Origin: Fidelibacterota bacterium
GTDB taxonomy: Bacteria; Fidelibacterota; UBA2242
Reading direction: 5' to 3'
DNA: 64,000 nt
Assembly (NCBI GenBank): GCA_049975265.1
Contig: JBNGDF010000012.1
Coordinates: 11,082 to 75,081 of the forward strand
Below, piece by piece: positions 48,776 through 57,098 of the stretch. The notes beneath the pieces were generated by a model. It had not been told where the DNA came from and did not search any database. It saw only the letters and a program-made list of their open reading frames with translations. The position numbers and the translations under genes are program-made. Position 1 is the first letter of the stretch, and each line of letters begins with the position of its first letter.

Positions 48776-50128
48776 ATGAATAAAATATTACGATTTTTCG
48801 CGACCGGTAAAGATAAACCGCTGATTCAGGATCAGGCAAAAGTCGACCGACTGTACAGGCGATACCGCTTGTCGGTTATGCTGGCGATCTCGGTGGGGTA
48901 TGGTCTGGCGTATACCTTGCGATTGGCATTGAATATGGTCAAGAAGCCGATTCTGGATGCGGGAATTTTTACCCCCACCGACTTGGGGAATATCGGTTCG
49001 GCGCTTCTCTATACTTATGCCATCGGTAAATTTACCAACGGATTTTTAGCCGACCATGCCAATGTCAAACGCTTTTTTGCGTTCGGGGTATTGATGTCAG
49101 CCCTTGTCAATATTGCGATGGGTTCTTCAGCGATTCTCTGGCTTTGGATCATATTGTGGGGGTTGAACGGCTGGTTTCAGTCTTTCGGTGCGCCCACGGG
49201 TGCGGTCACGCTTTCCAACTGGTTCAGTAAATCGGAACGGGGACGTTTCTATGGAATCTGGAGTACCGGTCACAATATCGGTGAGGGCTTGACCTTTGTC
49301 GTGACGTCGGCGGTCGTCTCCTATTGGGGCTGGCGGGCTGGATTCATTGTTCCGGGAGTGTTTTGCATATTGCTGTCCGGACTGATTTATCTGGCGCTGC
49401 AGGACAAACCCCGCACTCTGGGATTACCCCTGGTAGCTGACTGGAAAAAGGATTACAGTGCTCCGCCGGATCTTGAGAAAAATAAAACCGAGCTGACCTC
49501 CAAAGCGCAGTTGCAGGTTCTGAAAACTCCGGCGATCTGGGTTTTGGGTTTCGCCAGCGCCTTTGTTTACATGACCCGCTACGCCATTAACAGCTGGGGC
49601 GTGCTCTATCTCCAGGAAGCCAAAGGCTATTCGCTGATGGAGACGGGCGCGATTCTCGGTTTAAATACGGTTGCCGGTATTTTCGGCTGTATTGTGTATG
49701 GTTTCATTTCCGACAAACTGTTCAAAGCGCGGCGTCCGCCGGTGACTCTGATTTACGGGATCATCGAGCTGACAGCGCTGTTTATCATCTTTTTCAGTGC
49801 TCCAAATCAGCCTATTCTGGTGACGGCGGCATTTGTCTGCTACGGTTTTACCATGAGTGGTCTGCTGGCTTCACTGGGAGGCTTGTTCGCCATTGATATT
49901 GCGCCGAAAAAAGCCGCCGGCGCTGCGATGGGTTTTATCGGTATTTTCAGCTATATCGGTGCCGGTATCCAGGATCAGATCAGTGGTCTGCTGATTGAGA
50001 AGGGGTGCCGGATTGTGGATGGAGCCCTGACCTACGATTTTTCGAAGGTGATTATGTACTGGATCGGTTCATCCTTCTTATCAATGATTCTGGCTGCGAT
50101 ACTTTGGAAAGCTAAAACCAGCGATTAG
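48776..50128 (+). CDS. MFS organophosphate:Pi antiporter (GlpT/UhpT family)
   Basis: YAIGKFTNGFLAD, NGWFQSFG, WFSKSERG, WSTGHNIG, PKKAAGAAMGFIG. Confidence 0.88.
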   Translation: MNKILRFFATGKDKPLIQDQAKVDRLYRRYRLSVMLAISVGYGLAYTLRLALNMVKKPILDAGIFTPTDLGNIGSALLYTYAIGKFTNGFLADHANVKRFFAFGVLMSALVNIAMGSSAILWLWIILWGLNGWFQSFGAPTGAVTLSNWFSKSERGRFYGIWSTGHNIGEGLTFVVTSAVVSYWGWRAGFIVPGVFCILLSGLIYLALQDKPRTLGLPLVADWKKDYSAPPDLEKNKTELTSKAQLQVLKTPAIWVLGFASAFVYMTRYAINSWGVLYLQEAKGYSLMETGAILGLNTVAGIFGCIVYGFISDKLFKARRPPVTLIYGIIELTALFIIFFSAPNQPILVTAAFVCYGFTMSGLLASLGGLFAIDIAPKKAAGAAMGFIGIFSYIGAGIQDQISGLLIEKGCRIVDGALTYDFSKVIMYWIGSSFLSMILAAILWKAKTSD

Positions 50129-50146
50129 AAATCGGAGAAAAATTTT

Positions 50147-51028
50147 ATGAAACATTATGACACAGTAATTTTTGGGAATTATACCAGCGATACCATCATT
50201 ACCAAACAGGGCAGCCGCCATGTAGACGGTGGTGGTTTTAATTACGGCGCCCATGCGGCGGTGGGGCTGGGATATAAAGTAGCCGCCGTGACACGGTTGG
50301 CGAAAGCCGACAGCCATGTGATCAGCATGCTGGAAAACGCCGGAATTGATGTTTTCCCCACCTTTACGTCGTCATCCACCCAGATGGTTCTGGACTACCC
50401 GACGGATAATCCCGACGAGCGGATTCTGACCTGTCCGCAAACCGCTGGCAGTTATACGATTGACCAGTTTCGGGATTTTCGCGCCAAAGCCTGGCTGATC
50501 AACACCTCCGTCAGGGAGGAGGCGCCGGTGGAGCTGGTAGAGTATCTGCATGCTCAGCCGGGACTGCTGGTGGCGGACGCTCAGGGCTTCGTCAGAGTGC
50601 GTGGTGAGGGCGGTCGTCTGATTCATGCTGAATGGCCACAAAAGCGGCATGTGCTGAGCATGCTGAACATTCTGAAAGCCGATATCAAGGAGGCGGAGTC
50701 ACTGACCGGTGAGAGCGATCTGAAAAAAGCGGCGAAGATTCTCAACGAGTGGGGACCTGCCGAAATTGTTCTGACCCATCGCAGCGGTATCCTGGTGTAC
50801 GCCGATGGGAAATATTATGAAGCCGGATTTTTCCCGGAAAAGCTGATCGGTCGCAGTGGGCGCGGTGATACCTGTATTGCCTTGTATGCCGCTAAGCGAC
50901 TATCGGCGCCGCCGGAAGAAGCAATTATCTGGTCGGCGGCGGTGACGAGCCTGAAAATGGAAGCGGACTCGCCCTTTTTAAGACCGCTCGGCGACGTTGA
51001 GAAACTCATCGAAAGGAGATACCGATGA
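50147..51028 (+). CDS. iolK: PfkB-family kinase resembling Thermotoga myo-inositol kinase
   Basis: ADAQGFVRV, EAESLTG, GRSGRGDTC, AAVTSLKM; context. Confidence 0.75.
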   Translation: MKHYDTVIFGNYTSDTIITKQGSRHVDGGGFNYGAHAAVGLGYKVAAVTRLAKADSHVISMLENAGIDVFPTFTSSSTQMVLDYPTDNPDERILTCPQTAGSYTIDQFRDFRAKAWLINTSVREEAPVELVEYLHAQPGLLVADAQGFVRVRGEGGRLIHAEWPQKRHVLSMLNILKADIKEAESLTGESDLKKAAKILNEWGPAEIVLTHRSGILVYADGKYYEAGFFPEKLIGRSGRGDTCIALYAAKRLSAPPEEAIIWSAAVTSLKMEADSPFLRPLGDVEKLIERRYR

Positions 51029-51918
51029 ACAGGGGCAATACAATTTTAAGAAAGAGTTCCAGAACTGTCTTTATGGCGATTGTACTGGCGTTGATGCTGG
51101 TAATCCCGCTGTTCAATTGTTCGGTTGAAGAGCCGGTCTCCTTTATTGTCGCCCAGGATCAGCGGTATAAAGCCACAGAGGAGTATCACCACCCAGAATA
51201 CTTTATGGGAGCATTGCTGGCGATTAAAGAGGTCGGACCGGGCGACTTCATGCTCAGTCCGGGCGATCTGGACCCGATGTATGCCACCCGGGAGCTGGTA
51301 GCGGAAATTCTCGGTGCGGATTATCCCTGGTATCCGGCGGTGGTCAACCACGACATGGAGGATCCGGAAACTATGGCCTATTTTCGGGATTATAACCGCA
51401 ACGGGAATTCCCTGCCCCATATCGTCCGCAGTGGTCCGCCGGGCTGTGAGGAGACCACCTACTCTTTCGAAATCGGTGACTGTCATGTGGCGGTCATCAA
51501 CGTCTATTATGATGGGAAATCTGATGTGGGTACCGATGGCGATGTGGTTCCGGAGCTGCTGGAATGGCTTGAGGAGGATCTCAAAAACACAGATAAGCCC
51601 TTTATTTTTGTCGCCGGGCATGAGCCGTTGGTGGCGCAGCCGGATATGGATAATGGTCGCGTTCGGCACCAGGGCGATTCGCTGGATAAATATTTTCGCA
51701 ATGCCTACAAGCTGCGGGAGCTGCTGAAAAAATATAACGTTCAGGGAATTTTCAACGGGCATTCCCACGGCTCTTCGGTTGCCAAGGTCAATGGTCTCTG
51801 GCAGCTGGATGCCGGGCACGCCTACGGGTTGGAAAGAAAAACCCCGGAGCGAATGTACTGCTCCAGGGCACCAATTTCGGTGCCACCACCGACCGAACCG
51901 GTTATTTTTGTATTCTGA
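51025..51918 (+). CDS. Metallophosphoesterase lipoprotein, C-terminus probably truncated
   Basis: Signal peptide with Cys; QD, PGDLD, NHD, GHEP, GHSH. The tail after ~51850 is an off-frame read of the TBDR gene. Confidence 0.78.
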   Translation: MNRGNTILRKSSRTVFMAIVLALMLVIPLFNCSVEEPVSFIVAQDQRYKATEEYHHPEYFMGALLAIKEVGPGDFMLSPGDLDPMYATRELVAEILGADYPWYPAVVNHDMEDPETMAYFRDYNRNGNSLPHIVRSGPPGCEETTYSFEIGDCHVAVINVYYDGKSDVGTDGDVVPELLEWLEEDLKNTDKPFIFVAGHEPLVAQPDMDNGRVRHQGDSLDKYFRNAYKLRELLKKYNVQGIFNGHSHGSSVAKVNGLWQLDAGHAYGLERKTPERMYCSRAPISVPPPTEPVIFVF

Positions 51919-54500
51919 ATGTACCGGTGGGTACCTATACGGTGATGGTCTCGTATGTAGGATATGATGAGTATTCGGAGGCGGTGACGATTGGGGGATC
52001 GGATGAGCGGGTGACGCTCAATGTGGAACTCAGTCCCCGGAGTATTGAGATGGGTGAAGTACTTGTCACCGGTCTGCGCCAGGGACAGGCGAAAGCGCTG
52101 AGTCAGCAGAAATCGGCGGAAAGTATTAAGAATGTCGTAGATGAAGAGCAGATGCAGCTCTTTCCCGATATGAATTCTGCCGAGGTTCTGCAGCGCATTC
52201 CCGGGGTCTCGATCACCAGAGATCAGGGCGAAGGGCGCTACGTGCTGGTAAGAGGTACCTCACCGCGTCTGAATTCCACATCCGTCAACGGTGTCAAGAT
52301 TCCATCACCGGAAGGTGGTGACCGCAGTGTCATGCTGGATGTCATTTCCGCCGATAATCTGTCCGGAATTGAAGTGACGAAAGCCATTACACCGGACATG
52401 GACGGCGATGCCATTGGTGGCGCCGTCAATCTGAAAACCAAGAGTGCACTCGACTATCCCGGTAAAGTTCTCAGTGGAACGCTGGGCGGCGGCTACAACA
52501 ATCTGGTTGGTAAGGGCAATTTTCAGGGGGGTCTGAATTACGGGGATCGCTTTGGTGCTGACAACCATATCGGATTGATGCTTAGTGGCAGCTTCCAGCG
52601 CGCCAATCGGGGCTCCCACAACAACGAGATGGATTGGGGCGATGTGGATGATCCCAGCGGCGGAGAGTATGAATGGGCGCTGAAGACTCTGGAACTGCGG
52701 GATTACGTGATCAGACGGGACCGCATGACCCTGTCCGGAAATCTGGATTACATGATTAGCGAGGGCAATAAGTTTTACCTGTCCGGCATGTTTACGAACT
52801 ACAGTGACGTGGAGACCCGTCGCGCTATGGTCATTGATCCCGATAATGCTGAATTCTACAATACGCCGACCAATAGTCCCGAAACGGCATTTGCCTCGGA
52901 AATCAAGGACCGGACCCAGACCCAGATGCTGTATAATTTCATTGCCGGCGGCGAGAACCAGTTTGCCAAGTTGAAAATGGACTACTATGTCTCCTACGGA
53001 TATGCTCAGGAGGAAGAGCCGGATAAAATCGAGTATGCCTTCGAACTGGATGAAGAGCCGGAGGTTAACCTGGATATATCCGATCGGGACCTGCCATTAT
53101 GGAATATTGCCGGTCTGGCTGAGGGCTATGAATACGATCGGGCAAATTATGAGTTTGATGAACTCGAGGCGGACACAACCAAGACCACCAACCGTGACAT
53201 CGGCGCCGCACTGAATTTTGAAATACCCTATAGTCTGGCTGGCTATCAGGCGAAATTGAAGTTCGGTGGGAAAACAACGCTGAAGAAGAAAGATCGCGCT
53301 GAAAATATCTGGGAATACGGCTGGGAAGGCGATGCTGATGTTACGATGGACCAGTTTAATGAACCGGAAAGAGATAAATTATTTGGCGGTGATTATGTCA
53401 GAGTTCTGTCTCCTGACCCGGGAAAGGTCAGAGACTGGTTTATAGAAAACCGGGACAGTGGTCTGTTGGAAGGTGAGCTGTTATTGGATGATACTTACGG
53501 TGCCACCTATGAAGCGACGGAAGATGTCTATGCCTACTATGCCATGACTACGGCAAATCTGGGTCGGCTGATGCTGCTGGGTGGTTTCCGGCACGAGATT
53601 ACGAGGATCGATTATCTGGGACATGAAGTGATTTTTAATGAAGACGGTGACTTTGAACAGGTTCTTGACAGAGAAAATGAGAAGACATTGTCCCATATTC
53701 TCCCGATGGTCCATCTGCGATATCAAGCGACTGAACGAACCAATCTGAGATTGGCGTTGACCACCGGCATTGCGCGACCGGATTACGAGACGCTGGTTCC
53801 CTACAAGCTAATCTACCGGGAAGATGAGGAGATGGAGATCGGAAATCCGGACCTGGAGCCCACCACATCGGTGAATTTTGATCTGCTGGGCGAGCACTAT
53901 TTCCAGAACATCGGTATCCTGTCCGGTGGTATCTTTATGAAGTCGCTGGATAAGATCATCTACCCCTTTCAGTATGAAACGGAATCGGATGATCCGAATT
54001 ACCCGAAATACGATGTCGAAACATGTTTTCAGGGAAAAACCGCCAACCTGTTCGGACTTGAGGTACACTGGCAGCAACACCTGACCTTTTTACCGGGATT
54101 TCTGAAACATATCGGCATCTATAGTAATTATACCTACACGACATCATCAGCAACTGTTGGAGAACGTGAGGATCTGCCCCTGGCAGGTCAGTCGGCAAGT
54201 ATGGCAAATTTTGCCCTGAGTTATGACAAGGGTGGCTTCAGCGGTCGAATAAGTATGAATTATCACGGTGCATATCTGTCTGAATTAGGCGAAGAGGATG
54301 GCGAAGATATTTACTACGACGATCATGTTCAGTGGGATTTCTCTGCCAGCCAGAAACTGGTCGGCGGTCTGCAGTTCTATGTGCAGGCAGTCAATCTCAA
54401 CGATGCCTATCTGCGGTACTATATGGGTGAGACCAATCGTCCAATTCAGCGGGAATCCTATTCCTGGTGGCTGAATACCGGCGTGAAGTTTGAGTTGTAA
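51843..54500 (+). CDS. TonB-dependent receptor, N-terminally truncated (no signal peptide)
   Basis: Frame open from PGANVLLQGTNFGATTD (carboxypeptidase-regulatory-like domain); plug LQRIPGVS...DQGEGRYV...KAITPDMDGDAIGG; C-terminal GVKFEL. Confidence 0.9.
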   Translation, partial: PGANVLLQGTNFGATTDRTGYFCILNVPVGTYTVMVSYVGYDEYSEAVTIGGSDERVTLNVELSPRSIEMGEVLVTGLRQGQAKALSQQKSAESIKNVVDEEQMQLFPDMNSAEVLQRIPGVSITRDQGEGRYVLVRGTSPRLNSTSVNGVKIPSPEGGDRSVMLDVISADNLSGIEVTKAITPDMDGDAIGGAVNLKTKSALDYPGKVLSGTLGGGYNNLVGKGNFQGGLNYGDRFGADNHIGLMLSGSFQRANRGSHNNEMDWGDVDDPSGGEYEWALKTLELRDYVIRRDRMTLSGNLDYMISEGNKFYLSGMFTNYSDVETRRAMVIDPDNAEFYNTPTNSPETAFASEIKDRTQTQMLYNFIAGGENQFAKLKMDYYVSYGYAQEEEPDKIEYAFELDEEPEVNLDISDRDLPLWNIAGLAEGYEYDRANYEFDELEADTTKTTNRDIGAALNFEIPYSLAGYQAKLKFGGKTTLKKKDRAENIWEYGWEGDADVTMDQFNEPERDKLFGGDYVRVLSPDPGKVRDWFIENRDSGLLEGELLLDDTYGATYEATEDVYAYYAMTTANLGRLMLLGGFRHEITRIDYLGHEVIFNEDGDFEQVLDRENEKTLSHILPMVHLRYQATERTNLRLALTTGIARPDYETLVPYKLIYREDEEMEIGNPDLEPTTSVNFDLLGEHYFQNIGILSGGIFMKSLDKIIYPFQYETESDDPNYPKYDVETCFQGKTANLFGLEVHWQQHLTFLPGFLKHIGIYSNYTYTTSSATVGEREDLPLAGQSASMANFALSYDKGGFSGRISMNYHGAYLSELGEEDGEDIYYDDHVQWDFSASQKLVGGLQFYVQAVNLNDAYLRYYMGETNRPIQRESYSWWLNTGVKFEL

Positions 54501-54537
54501 TTCAGTCTCCGGTGCGTTAAAATTGTGGAAGCGGAAA

Positions 54538-54570
54538 TCTGCAGGGAGTCCACCGGGGACTCCCTGCAGA
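54538..54570 (+). other. Perfect 14-bp-stem hairpin between TBDR and phytase
   Basis: TCTGCAGGGAGTCC-ACCGG-GGACTCCCTGCAGA; no U tract. Confidence 0.8.
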
Positions 54571-54601
54571 GGCTGAAATTCGAAATTTGAATAAGGAGAA
54601 A

Positions 54602-55735
54602 ATGATGCGCCTGAAGATAATTATGCCCCTATTGATATTGGCAGTGATCGGACTGCTTATTGTTGATTCCTGCGGCAAAAGGACGAAGCTGATTTGCGGC
54701 GCGGTCAAGCCTGTCGCAGTGACCGAGCAGACCAAACATGATACCGACGATCCGGCGATCTGGATTCACCCTGATGATCCGGCGCGGAGCCTGATCATTG
54801 GTACCGATAAAGATAAAGACGGTGCGCTTTATGTGTACAATTTAGAGGGTAAGATTCTGCAGGATAAAGTAGTCCGTAATCTGAAACGTCCCAACAATGT
54901 GGATGTGGAGTATGGGTTGATGTTGAACGGTAATCCGGTGGATATCGCCGTTGCCACCGAACGAATGGCGAATAAAATCCGGGTCTTTGCCCTGCCGGAC
55001 ATGAAGTGTATTGATAACGGCGGCATCCCGGTTTTTGTGGGTGAAAAACTGCGGGCGCCCATGGGTATTGCGCTATATAAACGTCCCTCGGACGGAGCGA
55101 TCTATGCCATTGTCAGTCGTAAAGAGGGACCCACGGATGGAACGTACCTTTGGCAGTACCTTCTGAAAGATGATGGCAGTGGTAATGTCGCTGGTGAGCT
55201 GATTCGGAAATTCGGGAAATACAGTGGAGTCAAGGAGATCGAAGCCATCGCTGTGGATGATCCGCTGGGCTATGTCTATTATTCCGATGAACAGTATGGG
55301 ATTCGGAAATATTATGCCAATCCCTCTGTCCCGAATGCGGATCAGGAGCTGGGGATCATTCATGCTCAGGACTACTGGGAAGACAACGAAGGGATTTCCA
55401 TCTATCCACTTGACAGTAAGACCGGCTATATTCTGGTTTCGGATCAAAGCGCCAATCGTTTCCGGATTTATACCCGCGAGGGCACACCGGCGATTATCGA
55501 TCCCGGGGATCCCGAGGATAACGAGCCGGCGAAGCCGCATCAGCACAAGCTGGTGAAAATTGTCAATGTCTCAACGAATAACAGCGACGGATCGGACGTG
55601 ACGAATGTCAATCTCGGAGCAAAATTCCCCCATGGCATGTTTGTCGCCATGTCCGATAACAGGACATTTCAGATTTACAACTGGGACGATATCATTGGCA
55701 GAAATGTTCTGAGCACCGCCGACTACGGTAAGTGA
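54602..55735 (+). CDS. Beta-propeller (alkaline) phytase, probable lipoprotein
   Basis: DTDDPAIWIHP, IIGTDK, NNVD, EIEAIAVD, DNEGISIY, SDQ, SDG; AAGGAG RBS; DSC lipobox-like. Confidence 0.93.
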   Translation: MMRLKIIMPLLILAVIGLLIVDSCGKRTKLICGAVKPVAVTEQTKHDTDDPAIWIHPDDPARSLIIGTDKDKDGALYVYNLEGKILQDKVVRNLKRPNNVDVEYGLMLNGNPVDIAVATERMANKIRVFALPDMKCIDNGGIPVFVGEKLRAPMGIALYKRPSDGAIYAIVSRKEGPTDGTYLWQYLLKDDGSGNVAGELIRKFGKYSGVKEIEAIAVDDPLGYVYYSDEQYGIRKYYANPSVPNADQELGIIHAQDYWEDNEGISIYPLDSKTGYILVSDQSANRFRIYTREGTPAIIDPGDPEDNEPAKPHQHKLVKIVNVSTNNSDGSDVTNVNLGAKFPHGMFVAMSDNRTFQIYNWDDIIGRNVLSTADYGK

Positions 55736-55736
55736 C

Positions 55737-56591
55737 CTATTGCGTTGCATAGCAATAGAGACAGCGGTGTCGGCAGCGGTTGTATGTGCCGATATCACGG
55801 CTGACATAGCAGCCGCACTCCCGGCGGGTCGGTCGGATTTCGGTGGTGAAAGCAATATCCGGATAGAGCCTCTGTAAGAGTTTTGCATCGATGCAGTGAC
55901 CCCTGGTAATTCCCCCGGCGTCGGCAATATCGTTTTCACAACAGGTAAAAAGACGGATATTATGCTGTGAGGCGATCTGTTTCAGACGGCGGACAAAATT
56001 TACCTGGTCTTCGAAACGGGGTATCTGAAATAAAATCTGGTGTTTCTCAGTTACCCTGGCGAAGCGGCGGCGCACCTTGCCGTACAGGTCTACGAAGCTG
56101 ATATAGCAACGCCGGACGACACCCTCGAGATTTGCGGCAAGGGTGGTAAAGGCGGTGAGGCGCTCCTCTGCCGGCGTTAGTGCGGAGAATATGATTGGAT
56201 CGAAGCGCCAGAGAACGGTTTCCGGACCGTATGTTGACGACAGCACTGCCGCAGCCTGAACGGCGGTTTGCCAATCGGGAATACGGGGTTCGAAGATTTC
56301 TTTTGCCGGACCCTGGAAACCGTTGATGGTAAAGTGAAATAGGAAACGGTGGTCATAGAGTGAATTGATTTTTTCCAGTGCGGGGAAAAAGGGGCTGTAA
56401 TTCTTCGACCAGAAGACGAAGGCGCCGACGTCAGCGGGTTGTAAGGAGACCCGGCAGGTTTTTTTTGAGAAGGGATTGGGAACATCCACATAACCGATGC
56501 GAATCTGCCGCAACAGCCAGTCGCCCTGAGAAGCGGGAATATCTTCACGCCGGCTGGCAGAAATGATCGGAGCCGGGTGCAACGACGGCAT
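55737..56591 (-). CDS. DUF1848 family protein
   Basis: IISASRREDIPA, NPF, VFWSKN, WRFDPI, CID, CGC...DIGTY..C.H.CLYCYA. Confidence 0.9.
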   Translation of the reverse strand: MPSLHPAPIISASRREDIPASQGDWLLRQIRIGYVDVPNPFSKKTCRVSLQPADVGAFVFWSKNYSPFFPALEKINSLYDHRFLFHFTINGFQGPAKEIFEPRIPDWQTAVQAAAVLSSTYGPETVLWRFDPIIFSALTPAEERLTAFTTLAANLEGVVRRCYISFVDLYGKVRRRFARVTEKHQILFQIPRFEDQVNFVRRLKQIASQHNIRLFTCCENDIADAGGITRGHCIDAKLLQRLYPDIAFTTEIRPTRRECGCYVSRDIGTYNRCRHRCLYCYATQ

Positions 56592-56619
56592 GTTAAATTT
56601 TAAAATGCTCAGTGAGTTT

Positions 56620-56973
56620 TTATTCCGATTCGATTAAATCCTGATAGGACGATAGTGATCGCTTGTCCCGGATCAGTTGAATCAGCTTGTAGGTCTGGTC
56701 GGACGGGTGCAGATCGAAGGCGATTTCAGCCTCTTTGATAGCGTATTCGTACCACCCCTTTTTGGTGTAGGCGATGGCGAGATGGAGGTGGGCTTCATAC
56801 TGGTCGGAATCACTCTGGGTGGCGGCTTTGAATTCCAGAATGGCTTCGTCGGTCAAGCCCTTTTCCGAATACCATTTGCCCAGATCAAAATGATTTTGGT
56901 AGCTCTTTTTACCGCAGGCGGACAGGGCAACGATGCAGACCAACATTACCCAAAACAGACCAAATTTCTTCAT
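56620..56973 (-). CDS. TPR-repeat lipoprotein
   Basis: LSAC lipobox; HFDLG...A...F..A and HLHLA...KG..A TPR helices. Confidence 0.8.
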   Translation of the reverse strand: MKKFGLFWVMLVCIVALSACGKKSYQNHFDLGKWYSEKGLTDEAILEFKAATQSDSDQYEAHLHLAIAYTKKGWYEYAIKEAEIAFDLHPSDQTYKLIQLIRDKRSLSSYQDLIESE

Positions 56974-57098
56974 ATTATCTCCCGGAGTTGAACGGCTCAT
57001 TACAATCGTAAATTTAGGGCAAGAGTCTATAAAAACAAACAGATTCTGAGGATCAAATCCTGTTCTGCAACGTTAAGGTTAAAAGAAATCAAAAGAAT

